Source of the DNA: Neoechinorhynchus agilis
Lineage: Eukaryota > Animalia > Acanthocephala
Assembly (NCBI GenBank): GCA_051530055.1
Contig: CM121342.1
Location: 4,649,489 to 4,713,488 of the forward strand
DNA length: 64,000 bases
Reading direction: 5' to 3'
Under the pieces are notes generated by a model. That model was not told where the DNA came from. It saw only the letters and a program-made list of their open reading frames with translations, and ran no database searches. Position numbers and translations under genes: made by a program. Below are positions 22,650 through 35,222 of the stretch, piece by piece (the first letter of the stretch is position 1; the number at the start of each line of letters is the position of its first letter).

Positions 22650-23232
22650 TTTTTGGGAGCTCCTTGGCTAACAAACTCTATTCGGAAGCGCTCAGCCGCA
22701 CTCAAAGGGCCTTTGGGCGATCTCAGACCCGATCCCTACCCTTTCAGCAGCCTCGTAACCCCCCCGTGGAACCCAGCGACCAGTGGATTTGAACTAGCGA
22801 TCGAGCGCATTTTGAACGCGCTTGTGCCTTTGCTTCCTTTATTCCTGATTTATCTTAAATCGCATAAACTCATATCCTTACGGCATGTCTTTGGGAGCTT
22901 CTTGGCTAACTCACTGGTTTCGAAGGTGCTCAGCCGCACTCAAAGGGCCTTTGGGCGATCTCAGGCCTGATCCCTACCCTTTCAGCAGCCTCGTAACCCC
23001 CCCGTGGAACCCAGCGACCAGTGGATTTGAACTAGCGATCGAGCGCATTTTGAACGCGCTCATTTCTTTATTCCTGATTTATCTTAAATCGCATAAACTC
23101 ATGGCCTTACGGCATGTCTTTGGGAGCCTCTTGGCTAACTCACTGTATTCGAAGGTGCTCAGCCGCACTCGATGGGCCGTGGCCTTTGGGCGATCTCAGA
23201 CCCGATCCCCATGAAACCCATCGACCAGTGGA
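22650..23232. repeat. Tandem repeat, ~230-238-bp unit, 2.5 copies, GC-richer
   Basis: TTTGGGAGC..TTGGCTAAC at 22652, 22890 and 23119. Confidence 0.9.
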
Positions 23233-23300
23233 GCGTTTATACCATCCGTTAAGCCCAGCCCATTCATTTGCGACGAATCGTTTAATATAACAACTCGCAA

Positions 23301-24024
23301 TTACAAGGAGACGACAAGTACGGCTAAACTGGCGGTAATGGTCGCAAACATGTTAAAAGTGTTTTGGTTTGCAAAGGAACAATAACGTTTATAGTTAAAC
23401 TTCGTTTTTAGAACATTGTATACGAAGTTATCAATAATGTTTCCTGGTGGACTATATCTTGCGACAACATAAAAACTTGTCTTTGGATGTCCTCTTACAC
23501 TCTCCACTCGTTTACTAACTCCGATACCTATCATCCTGGACGATTTCCATATAAGTTGAGTAAAATGTAAGACTTGAACGCGGGACACATGCTCTCGCTT
23601 ATAGCTATAATCTCTAATCTCACAATACCAACTCTTACCAATGACCGACTCTCTTTTCGTAACAAGAGACTCGATCATTTTTACACGCTGAATCACTATG
23701 GTTCCTGAAATCCGAATCAGCTACTTGTTCAGGTACGTTGTAGATCGATGAGTAATAAAGGTTTTCCCCTTGACCTAAATCGCGAAGATTAGAAGCATGT
23801 TCGAGCCGGCCGATTTTAGCAAGTTGCATGGCATAACTCTTAGCATGCACGTTCAATTGGTCGTCCATGGTCAATGGCGGTGCGTTGTGTTCATTTCGAA
23901 GCTTATTATGGCATTTCAATACACTCTTCAATATTACAGCATTGAATTTGCTAGGAAGCCCAGTCACACTGATGCCCGAAACACCATTGATTAAGAAGGA
24001 GAAGAAGAGTACATTAGGTAACAT
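23301..24024 (-). CDS. CAP/SCP (GLIPR/PR-1-like) protein with signal peptide and hydrophobic C-terminus; one intron near 23640-23730
   Basis: CAP motifs HNKLRNEHNAPPL, GENLY, SWYCEI, HFTQLIWKSS..IGIG and VVARYSPPGNI are split over two overlapping frames. N-terminus MLPNVLFFSFLINGVSG; C-terminus MFATITASLAVLVVSL. Confidence 0.9.
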
Positions 24025-24252
24025 GACAATATTTATTTAGTAAGATTTTAAACCATGAAACGATGTTCCTAAGCAACCATCACGTATTTTTCACAGTTGT
24101 TGCAACTTTAAATGTCACTGGCTAGAAGAGTGATCGCTTTTTTTATCTTATACCAAAGTTCCGACCGATTTATGTGTCTTACAAAGTTGAAATGCCCTTT
24201 TTAAAAAATACTGCACAATATTTATTGGTTCTGCTCACTTGCGACTTCACGC

Positions 24253-25322
24253 TCAGAACGTCTTGTTAGGATAATTAGCGATAATGTTGCTGTTGTAGAT
24301 AAACAATGGTAATTTTGTGAGCACTTTTTGATTTCCAAGTTTTATTCCTCCAACGAGCTTATATGTTACCGAAAAGTAATTGGTTCCGCTGTACTTTTTC
24401 TCCGTCTGAAAAGAAGGTGGCGCCAATGGTTCTTGAATGGCTATCGTGCTTGTAAAACAGTTACTTGTGTTTCCTTTGCTTCTTTTCTGGTTCTTTAGCC
24501 TATGACTTACCATTTTTTTAAATTTTGCACTGCCGTATCGAATTTGCCTTTCTATGACCACGAACAGTTTAACTTCATGCGAATCCGACTTTTTCAATTC
24601 GTAACTGAGTCTAAATGGGATTTGTTCTCCAATTCCAATCACAGCGCACCGATTTTCCAATTGAAGAATAATCATGCCATTTTCAAAGACAGCTTTACTA
24701 CTGTCGCTTAAATACTTTTCACTTAGACTTTGGACGTGAGGAATGCCAATGTTTGGCAGAATGACTATAGTGGTCGGTTTGAACGCAATTTCCATCAAGT
24801 TATCCACACAGCTCCCTTGAAGGTGAAGTTTGTATTTGATCGAAATATCATCTGTTACTACTGATGGTTCCACATCCTCCGGAATTTGTAGACTAAAGAA
24901 GAAACTGTTGCTTCCTGGTGAGAGATCTTCGTCTTCTTCAATTACGTTTGTTGACCACTCTCGTACTTGAGCGTTCAATCTTATTCTCGCGAAAAAGTAG
25001 GGTTTTTTCACAAAGGTTGTTGGTCCCTTTACCTTAAACTTCAAACTCAGTAAATTCCGTCTGCATGAATGCTCTCCTATTGATTGAACGCTCAGTCTAA
25101 ATTGACTTTAAATGTTTGTCTTCTATTGCGCCTCAACGCTACATCCTCAACTAACTTTGTATAGGAGAGTTTGCCTCTGATTGTCAATGTTAGCCAATGT
25201 AACCTTGTTGGTTTCTTAAGATTGACATTCGCATATCCGACAACACGTTCTCCACTGAAGTAAGTCTTATCAGGCTGGAAAAGAGTTAGTTCGCTATCAT
25301 TGAAAGATGTTGAGTTCCCCAT
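24253..25322 (-). CDS. Arrestin-domain (alpha-arrestin/ARRDC-like) protein, two coding segments
   Basis: Arrestin_N start YFSGERVVGYANVNLKKP..L..LTLTIRGK; LSPGSNSFFFSLQIP..V.PS....ISIKYKL; Arrestin_C IGEQIPF...PPSF...FSVTYKL...LP.FI. Confidence 0.8.
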
Positions 25323-25716
25323 TTAAAGCGTTCAACGTTCTTTAGCTCCTGTCTTAAATAAGAACTGTACATTCACCTTCATGCGCGTGATTACTGAAAG
25401 TTTCAATTGAGACGAGTGCAAAAAGCGTGATGCTTGAACGAGTTTTTGTATAGTGGTACAAAGACGAAGAATCGTGAGTCAGTAAAGTGTTCAGGGGAAC
25501 TGTTCCTTTACACTCTCGTTCTTTTGAAAACGGACGAAATTCTGCGTGAAAGGCAATCAATAAATTAATGTCGCCGTCGGGTTTATCATCAGTTTATTTC
25601 GATGGTCCATTCAGTTGCGTAAAGGTTCCATTAATCTCTATCTTCTTTAACGCCTTCGATTCCTTGCAATATCATCCAAAGACCTTAAGTAGTTTTATAA
25701 CAACGCCATCCTAATA

Positions 25717-27686
25717 TCCAACCTTCTGCAATTTTTTCTTCTAAACTATTCAAAAAACTTAATACTTTTCACAAGAGACTTGAACTACTGCCCTTAGAAA
25801 AACATCTCTCTTTAATCTTTCAAAAGTACTCCTCTTCGATAACATTTTCCATCCTTTTAGTTGCTCCTTCTTCCCCAACCGCTCAATCCTCCAAATGCGA
25901 ATTGATTCCGAGAAAAGAGTGGAATACAACAACCTTACCAATTTTATCAGCCTTCTGCAATTTTTCTTCTAATCTTTTCCAAGAACTCAATACTTTTCAC
26001 AAGAGAGGCGCTCTAATCTTCTCCTCTGAAATCATAGAAAAACACCTCTCTCTCCTTTTAATCTTTCAAAAGTACTCAAAGATCTTTTATTCTCTTCCTG
26101 CTCTTCAATTTCTACCTCGCGTTTCTCCTTTTACTATCCTTTTATTTCCTCGCTAAAATCTCTACCTTCGCTCCTTCTTCCCCAACCGCTCAATCCTCCA
26201 AATGCGAATTGATTCCGAGAAAAGAGTGGAATACAACAACCTTACCAATTTTATCAACCTTCTGCGATTTTTCTTCTAATCTTTTCCAAGAACTCAATAC
26301 TTTTCACAAGAGAGATGCGTTCTAATCTTCTTCTCCGAAATCATAGAAAAACACCTCTCTCTCCCTTTAATCCTTCAAAAGTACTCAAAGATCTTTTATT
26401 CTCTTCCTGCTCTTCAATTTCTACCTCGCGTTTCTCCTTTTACTATCCTTTTATTTCCTCGCTAAAATCTCTACCTTCGCTCCTTCTTCCCCAACCGCTC
26501 AATCCTCCAAATGCGAATTGATTCCGAGAAAAGTGGAATACAACAACCTTACCAATTTTATCAACCTTCTGCGATTTTTCTTCTAATCTTTTCCAAGAAC
26601 TCAATACTTTTCACAAGAGAGATGCGCTCTAATCTTCTCCTCCGAAATCATAGAAAAACACCTCTCTCTCCCTTTTAATCTTTCAAAAGTACTCAAAGAT
26701 CTTTTATTCTCTTCCTGCTCTTCAATTTCTACCTCGCGTTTCTCCTTTTACTATCCTTTTATTTCCTCGCTAAAATCTCTACCTTCGCTCCTTCTTCCCC
26801 AACCGCTCAATCCTCCAAATGCGAATTGATTCCGAGAAAAGAGTGGAATACAACAACCTTACCAATTTTATCAACCTTCTGCGATTTTTCTTCTAATCTT
26901 TTCCAAGAACTCAATACTTTTCACAAGAGAGGCGCTCTAATCTTCTCCTCCGAAATCATAGAAAAACACCTCTCTCTCCTTTTAATCTTTCAAAAGTACT
27001 CAAAGATCTTTTATTCTCTTCCTGCTCTTCAATTTCTACCTCGCGTTTCTCCTTTTACTATCCTTTTATTTCCTCGCTAAAATCTCTACCTTCGCTCCTT
27101 CTTCCCCAACCGCTCAATCCTCCAAATGCGAATTGATTCCGAGAAAAGAGTGGAATACAACAACCTTACCAATTTTATCAACCTTCTGCGATTTTTCTTC
27201 TAATCTTTTCCAAGAACTCAATACTTTTCACAAGAGAGATGCGTTCTAATCTTCTTCTCCGAAATCATAGAAAAACACCTCTCTCTCCCTTTAATCCTTC
27301 AAAAGTACTCAAAGATCTTTTATTCTCTTCCTGCTCTTCAATTTCTACCTCGCGTTTCTCCTTTTACTATCCTTTTATTTCCTCGCTAAAATCTCTACCT
27401 TCGCTCCTTCTTCCCCAACCGCTCAATCCTCCAAATGCGAATTGATTCCGAGAAACCAATTTTATCACTTCTGCATTTTCTTCTAATCTTTTCCAGAACT
27501 AATACTTTTCACAAGAGAGGCGTACCAATTTTATCAACCTTCTGCAATTTTTCTTCTAATCTTTTCCAAGAACTCAATACTTTTCACAAGAGAGATGCGC
27601 TCTAATCTTCTCCTCCGAAATCATAGAAAAACACCTCTCTCTCTCCCTTTAATCCTTCAAAAGTACTCAAAGATCTTTTATTCTCT
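25717..27686. repeat. Satellite D, ~308-bp pyrimidine-rich unit, ~6.4 copies
   Basis: CTTCTTCCCCAACCGC at 25867, 26174, 26483, 26791, 27098 and 27407. Confidence 0.95.
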
Positions 27687-28765
27687 GTTAAATATTCTAG
27701 CAATATTCAGTAAGATTGTAACGATGAAGTTCAATGTTGTTAAATATCTTTACGAAAAAATTGATCAATGAATCGATCTTTTTAAGGCTTGCAAAGTCTC
27801 CATTTTAACTTAGATCAAAAGACAGCGCCCGGTCGCTCATGCAAAGTTTTTCCCATTCTCATTGCGCTTAAAGCTGTCGTTTTAACTCTTAATTTTAATT
27901 TTTATGTGAAATATAAGCGCACATAATTAAAAAGTCTTTGTGGTTTCAGACCTTAATTATAATCTTCTTCTTAAAATACAATATCAATCGGAAGTATTAT
28001 CTTAATTACGAACTTTTCCTTTTTTTAATGCGAAAAGATTGTGTATTTGACTTTTTCAAGAACCTATAAATCTCGTTCTTAAAACGAATTCCATTTTTTG
28101 GCATTAAGTGCAATTCAAATGGATATTTCACCTTTTATTCGGGGTCTATGATGTTTTATGCATTTTCGAAAGGATCCGACTAACTTGGAGCTCACAGCTT
28201 GAAACGCCTTATGGACAAACGTTAAAAGCTTTTTTAAAAGGCCATTTCGGCAATCAGCGGGGGAGCAAGTAAACATCGTTTTGCTCATCCATTTAAAGTA
28301 TTCGCACACCATTGCTTAAGAATTTAAACTAAATGTCGATTGTGTGATTGCAGAATTTAAATCGTTACAAGTCTACACTCGAGCGGTAAATGATTTCTTT
28401 TCGATAAAAAAGACATTGTTCGAAACTGATGATGATGATGATGATGAACAAGAGGTTCGCAGAACATTTTAAGAATCGAAAAGATAGACTTGTAACCATA
28501 ATAATTCTAATCGAGATTATGCACATGAGTCTATATAATATTTTTTAATTTCCTTTAATTTACCTTTTATATTATTAAGCTCCATGGAGGTTCATTAAGC
28601 CATAACAAATTTCCTGTTTTTCTAAGTGCACAACGAATGGCTCCCGCAGAGCGAACCAATCAGCATGCGCCATTTTACACCGCTGGAACTTTCTAGTTGG
28701 TAGATCAGAAGTTAACTCGTGTTTACCATTTAACTGTCGTAACGTCGCAACTAAACTCTGTCAAA

Positions 28766-29152
28766 ATGCATTCATTTACAAGTGAACCAAGATCTTTTGT
28801 TGGACAGCTAGACAACCAGGTCGAGTCATGCAAGCAAGTTCTCAAGCTACCACCGTTAGAGGATACATTTCATAGTTCGATATTTGAGGATTCGGACTAC
28901 GATATAAAGCCAAATCGAAGTTATTCGTTGACGAACGACGATGAATTCCTAAGATGGGAAAAAGAAAGACAATTTGACATCGCCGTAAGTCAGCCATTGT
29001 TTTTGGAATGCAAGACGGACTGCCAAGTCGAATCAGATACGTATAAAACTGATCATCCTACTATTGAGCAACTAGATGAGCTTTTATTTGCTCAAGTGGA
29101 CTGCATCAATAAACTCATCAACGGAAATCAAACCTTTTTAGGATATTTTTAA
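28766..29152 (+). CDS. Orphan acidic protein (~128 aa)
   Basis: ATG at 28766 with an open frame to 29152. CCAAT and GCCATTTT elements lie about 100 bp upstream. No family recognised. Confidence 0.5.
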   Translation: MHSFTSEPRSFVGQLDNQVESCKQVLKLPPLEDTFHSSIFEDSDYDIKPNRSYSLTNDDEFLRWEKERQFDIAVSQPLFLECKTDCQVESDTYKTDHPTIEQLDELLFAQVDCINKLINGNQTFLGYF

Positions 29153-29712
29153 ACTGAAATTCGGTGAGTTTTTGAAAAATTAAGACTCAAATACTCTAAG
29201 GTAAGTGCAACTAATAATATAACACGTCAACTATTTAGATATTTTTTTCATTTTGTGAAATTTTATGAAGACTTTAGGAAGTTTAGAATCAAGTTCATTC
29301 AACGATGTCGGGAATTTTAGATCTATTGTTTAGAAAATCTATCGATGTTGCATACAAAATAGAAGGAAAAGTATAAAAAGGATTTTGCTTTGCATGCTTA
29401 TTTGTTTAATAAAATGAATGCGCTTATTTTATCTTGGAGGAACGTTATTTAATAATTCGGAAATAATTACCACTTGGTCATAAGTGTCCGTTTCATTAAA
29501 AAAAACCCACATAATATCTTGATCATTTTTAACATTTCATGAGACTAAATTAAAAATCATTGTCCCACTAAACAATTATTTGGACAATTCGTTGACGATT
29601 GAACCCTGGATTTTATTCGAGTAATTTCTTTTGTAAATAATCCATGATAAAAAAAGAGAATGTTTGTGTCACCACTACATACTAACGAAACAAATCAATA
29701 GATTTTTTTACA

Positions 29713-29790
29713 GTGTCAATTCGGAGGGTCGGTACTGGCCCTCCTCGTGAAGGACTTGGGGAAACGAATTTACGCAGCGACTCGAGAAAA
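29713..29790 (+). mobile_element. Tiny relic of a CRE-like RLE retrotransposon C-terminus
   Basis: GC-rich islet translating to FGGSVLALLVKDLGKRIYAATREK, similar to the segment after the RLE (compare LGSS.ATLLQDLSKKLRETTDD in the 1029-1690 relic). Confidence 0.45.
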
Positions 29791-30219
29791 AAAATGTTTT
29801 GTTAAATAATATTATTGAAAAAATCACAAAAAAAGAATATTCGCACGTTTTTATTTGAATCTTTGTAAACGGCATTAAGTCAAGAAAACGTTTGCAAAAT
29901 AACGGTTAGACCTTTTTTGAAAAATTTCGAGCACAAAATTATCCATGAAACGTCTTTGTTCCTTTGAAGTTTACAAATTAATGCGATTGATTTGTTTAAA
30001 GGATAAATGGAGATTATTAGTGAATCAGCACAATGCTTTGAATTAAGAAAACAAAATTGTTTCTCGTGAGTTTTGTTCGATTTGTGTGGTATCCGAATCC
30101 GCAGTATTATTTCGTCGTAACTTAATCGACATTTACCTGCTGTATCCCATAATTCACATTGCCTTTATTTAAGTAAAAACCTTCTTTATTTCATAAATGT
30201 TCAAACCGATCACATATTT

Positions 30220-30687
30220 TTAAAGATTATCAGGACTCGACTGATGTAAGTCGTCTTCAGCCGTTGCTCGGGTTTCATTATCCAAATCATTTGCAACTTC
30301 AATCAGATTCTCAATTTTTTGGTATTTGCCGCTTATCTCTCGTTCACGCGCCTTAAAGACATCCTCGACAACTTTCTCAAACATGTCGGCCCTTTTTCGA
30401 ACTCTATCAATATTTGATTTGAGCGTCTCTGTATTTTCCATGAAGGGCTTTGTCGTTATAGCTGTAGCATTCTCAGTTCGGCCGACAAGCATAACCAATT
30501 GCATTTTCACTTTCTCAGCTAATTTAAGAGTTTCGTCGTACAAATGAACGGCATCGTCGGAGTTACTTGTCGCGATTTTTTTACATACATCGAAAATAAT
30601 ACTCAGATGATCCTCGAGCATTTGAATTTCATTCGTTGTGCGAAGAACAGCTTTCAATGCACTCGTTAGTTTGTTTAAATCATTCAT
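30220..30687 (-). CDS. Orphan alpha-helical/coiled-coil protein (155 aa)
   Basis: ATG-initiated intronless ORF with amphipathic, charged composition. Confidence 0.65.
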   Translation of the reverse strand: MNDLNKLTSALKAVLRTTNEIQMLEDHLSIIFDVCKKIATSNSDDAVHLYDETLKLAEKVKMQLVMLVGRTENATAITTKPFMENTETLKSNIDRVRKRADMFEKVVEDVFKAREREISGKYQKIENLIEVANDLDNETRATAEDDLHQSSPDNL

Positions 30688-31372
30688 ACAGTTTTCAATA
30701 TAATGAACCTATGGATGTGAGTAGTAATAAGACGTTTATTTGTTAGTTAACAAAGAAAAAGACCAATGTTCTCGTTTGGGTCCCCATAAAAACTCGGGTT
30801 CAGATTTGTTCAATGAATGAGGTTGTTGATTTTGGTCATTACAGGCCATGATATTCGAGAGAAGATTGAAAAAGGATAGGAAGGAGGTGCGAAGTTCTGG
30901 GAAGGATGAAATGAATTGGGATTACGTTAGTTCGTTTCGGATGAGGTTATCCGAGAGGATTGGACTGCGAAATATGGGCGTTTTGATTGTTTGTAAGATT
31001 CCGACACCATGAGATATTTTAAAAGAAGTAGGATTTTGGCAGGTCAAAGTTTGATACATGGCTGATCCTCTTTTTTTCTGGACCTTTTTTATTTATGTAA
31101 TTTCGATACCTAACAACCATTTTATTGATTAAGAATTCGATAATAAAAGTCACAACCTTATCGGATTAACTAAATCATTTCAATTTTTCGTGAAAAAAAC
31201 AAATTAAGAACTACCATAATTACTCGATTTTGAATGGTCAGTGAAACTTTTAAGCCATTAGAAAACCTACCATTTCTTTTTTAACTTCTTCAACATCCTC
31301 GCAATTAAATTGATGATCAGTGTTTACTTTTAAAAGTTCTTCGTAAAGAATGGATCCCCCTAATGATGAAGA

Positions 31373-31984
31373 TTATCGTTCGTTATCCAGATAACCATCA
31401 TCCAAAAATACAAGTTCGGTAACGCACTGATTTCGAATTGCGACCAATTCACATGACTTCGCCAAATTTCCACCGCAAGCCAAGCTTCTTATACATTCCT
31501 CTGTGAGTTTTTTTACAAGATAAATTAGCATAGAGATGAAAGGATATAATCCTACCGAGCACATTGATACAGTTAAGCATGCAAAGTTCATTTCGGTATT
31601 TATGTCTTTGTTTCTTAATGATTTTCACTGTAGTCAAGAATCGATCCAATGTTTCGTTCACTTCATCTTTACTCATTTCCTTTTCGCTTAGAGCATTAAT
31701 ATTATCCACACTGTGGCAATCGAGATGCGATTTCTTAGACGATAAACCACTTTCCCTCACTTCTTCTTTTTTTTCGAACAAAAGAGCCAAAACGCTTTTG
31801 GTCTCCTTGTGCTTATAAATGGAGTCGAACGCCGAACTTGGCTGCATGCGACAAAGTCTGATAGAGCGTTTTTAAAAGAAGATAAGACTTTTACCTTTTT
31901 AAGTCGAAGATATCTGGGCAACAAATCATCGTGCTCACACAATGCTTCCTTTGATTCATAGATAACGTCTACTTGATCTCTCAT
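31373..31984 (-). CDS. Probable unknown gene spread over three overlapping frames (introns or indels)
   Basis: Three consecutive protein-like minus ORFs (31757-31984, 31449-31847, 31373-31591); no family recognised. Confidence 0.35.
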
Positions 31985-32340
31985 TTACGATCTGGATCTT
32001 AACAATTAAAATCAAGTCTACATTGTTGCTAGGAAGCGAGTATGCAACTCTTTCCTGAGGAAAAATGATTTTTTCGAGGCAAAAATAACATTTTCTACTT
32101 TATTTACAATGAATTTTAGTGGCTTCAAAAAGGAAACAAACCAAAATTAGTTTTTAAGAATACGACATATTGAGAATTCAAAATTAATTTCCTTTCGTCC
32201 TTTGATTCAAACGCGCCTCAGAGATATTGATCTCACCAACATACCCAATTTTAACAAAATGGATCTACAGACAAGTGAAAATCTACTTATAATTTCATGA
32301 ATAATCATCTCTTTTTCCGAATAAACAGTGTCACATCACA

Positions 32341-33155
32341 GTTTTTATATTAGAAACATTTTTTGCTTTCAAACTCATTTTGTAAATTTGTCTTTTTTAT
32401 TCATTAAGGAATGAGTTTTAAATATTCACTCAACGTTCTTAAAAAACTATAGTTTTTATATTAAAAATTTTTGCTTTCAAACTCATTTTGTAAAATTGTC
32501 TTTTTTATTCATTAAGGAATATCTCGAATGAGTTTTAAATATTCACTCAACGTTCTTAAAAAACTACATTTTTTATATTAGAAACATTTTTTGCTTTCAA
32601 ACTCATTTTGTAAAATTGTCTTTTTTATTCATTAAGGAATATCTCGAATGAGTTTTAAATATTCCCTCAACGTTCTTAAAAAACTATAGTTTTTATATTA
32701 GAAACATTTTTTGCTTTCAAACTCATTTTGTAAAATTGTCTTTTTTATTCATTAAGGAATATCTCGAATGAGTTTTAAATATTCACTCAACGTTCTTCAA
32801 AAACTATAGTTTTTATATTAAAATTTTTTGCTTTCAAACTCATTTTGTAAATTTGTCTTTTTTATTCATTAAGGAATGAGTTTTAAATATTCTCTCAACG
32901 TTCTTCAAAAACTATAGTTTTTATATTAGAAACATTTTTTGCTTTCAAACTCATTTTGTAAAATTGTCTTTTTTATTCATTAAGGAATATCTCGAATGAG
33001 TTTTAAATATTCTCTCAACGTTCTTCAAAAACTACATTTTTTATATTAGAAACATTTTTTGCTTTCAAACTCATTTTGTAAAATTGTCTTTTTTATTCAT
33101 TAAGGAATATCTCGAATGAGCTTTTAATATTCCCTCAATGTTCTTTAAGAACTAT
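32341..33155. repeat. Satellite E, 120-bp unit (110-bp deletion variant), ~7 copies
   Basis: GCTTTCAAACTCATTTTGTAAA repeats with a 120 period (lines 32581 and 32701 are in register). Confidence 0.95.
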
Positions 33156-33487
33156 AACTGGATTACTTTAATGGTACTTTGAACACTTTAAAAAGTAAGA
33201 CTTTCTTAAAAATCCAACATTTTTATCTGAAAAAAAAGCGACATTTTGATCATTATACACATTGACGTTTAGGACAATTCATTAAAGGATCTTCTTCTAA
33301 TTGAACGAGAATAATAAATCGATCTGAGAGGTTGATACCTGGATTTTGTGAAGACTTTTTTCTGCGTTTTTTTCGTCGATTCTGGCACACTGGAGGATAT
33401 TAGATCTGTAAAGCATTACGAGGTGCAAAGTAGATAACGTTGAAGCATAACAGAACTTCCTTACTGATGTAAGCGTCTCTGAGACTA

Positions 33488-33985
33488 ATGAGCAGCAGCG
33501 GCAGCATGAGAATCGATGGAGTAAACGTAACATCTTCGAATCAACGGATTGTAGTATTGGCTACACTGATCGGAGCGGCTCCCATGTTATTATTGACGGT
33601 TCTCTTTTTAGCAGTTTGTGGTATAATAGTAACATTTGAAAAAGTCAATGAGCATCGAAAGCATAAAAGTATGCTTTTAAAAGCTATCGTTCTCAATTAA
33701 GTGGGTTTTGAGAGAATATTAGCGAAAATGACAGAAGGTGTACCTACGAGAAGGCAACGAATGTCATCGCCTTTAAACGAACTAGTTCCGGAACCATTAC
33801 AACTTGAAGTTCTATCTACCGTGAGGATAATCCCTGCCAGAACATATAGTGAACAACAAATTCAGCATGATTCCGATCAAAGTAGTCTACATACAGTCAT
33901 AAGTTTCTCAGCTGACGATGCTCAAGAAATCGAAATGATCAAGTTAGCCATCGAAGATGCAATGCCGGAGGAATACTTTAAATAG
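33488..33985 (+). CDS. Single-pass membrane protein, two exons with a 33-nt intron (33669-33701)
   Basis: Hydrophobic IVVLATLIGAAPMLLLTVLFLAVCGIIV. Removing GTATGC...TTAAG joins the two in-frame ORFs (KHK-MGFERIL). Confidence 0.6.
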
Positions 33986-34407
33986 TCTTAACGTAATATG
34001 ATAAATTATTTTAGATTAAAAGATTTCTTAGCAGCCATAAGGCTAATTCTTTGACGATTCATGTCATTTAACTTTTAGAAAACGTCTTTGTTCGAAAATT
34101 AGAGTTGAAACGTAATTTTCGGTGTTTGTCATTAAGACGATTTCCAAAAAAAACACGTTTGGAACTAGCAATGAGTCGATGGGCGAGAATTAAATTTTTT
34201 TAAATTAAATGAATGCAATATGAAATCTAAGAAGTAAAAGCAACTCAATGTTTCTTTAATAGAAGTTTGCTAGGTCTAAAGCTTTAATTTCTGACAAACG
34301 AACGCTTGTATTAAACTTATTTGCACCAATATTATTACAACATTGAGAATTTTTATTCGAATGTTTTAAACTGTTGACGACCATTAATAAAAACCTTTAA
34401 ATAAACT

Positions 34408-35222
34408 CAATTAACTATTAATGGCCAAATTATTACCTTCAGTATCCACACCTTTCTGTTTGTTGTTCGTTAAAAACGAAATAAACTTATAATTTTTTAT
34501 TGTTTAGGTCGCTTTTCTACACCCGAGGATATAATTGAAAATCGACGACCAGTTTAAGATTATTTTTGGCAATTTTAAAAACAGCTGATAAAATTCGTAT
34601 TCTGTTTCGCTTTCTCGTTGCATTCCACTTTGCTTTTCTATTTTTTGTTTCAAAAATTTATTTGTTTATTAGAACAACAATTAACTATTAATGGCCAAAT
34701 TATTACCTTCAGTATCCACACCTTTCTGTTTGTTGTTCGTTAAAAACAAAATAAACTTATAATTTTTTATTGTTTAGGTCGCTTTTCTACACCCGAGGAT
34801 ATAATTGAAAATCGACGACCAGTTTAAGATTATTTTTGGCAATTTTAAAAACAGCTGATAAAATTCGTATTCTGTTTCGCTTTCTCGTTGCATTCCACTT
34901 TGCTTTTCTATTTTTTGTTTCAAAAATTTATTTGTTTATTAGAACAACAATTAACTATTAATGGCCAAATTATTACCTTCAGTATCCACACCTTTCTGTT
35001 TGTTGTTCGTTAAAAACAAAATAAACTTATAATTTTTTATTGTTTAGGTCGCTTTTCTACACCCGAGGATATAATTGAAAATCGACGACCAGTTTAAGAT
35101 TATTTTTGGCAATTTTAAAAATAGCTGATAAAATTCGTATTCTGTTTCGCTTTCTCGTTGCATTCCACTTTGCTTTTCTATTTTTTGTTTCAAAAATTTA
35201 TTTGTTTATTAGAACATCAATT
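34408..35222. repeat. Satellite F, 270-bp unit, 3 copies
   Basis: CAATTAACTATTAATGGCC at 34408, 34678 and 34948. Confidence 0.95.

Noticed and set aside
23635-23730. Apparent frameshift in the CAP gene
   Set aside because: Canonical GT-AG solutions exist (for example CAA|GTAGCT...GGTAAG|AGT TGG, 91 nt), so no unusual mechanism is needed.
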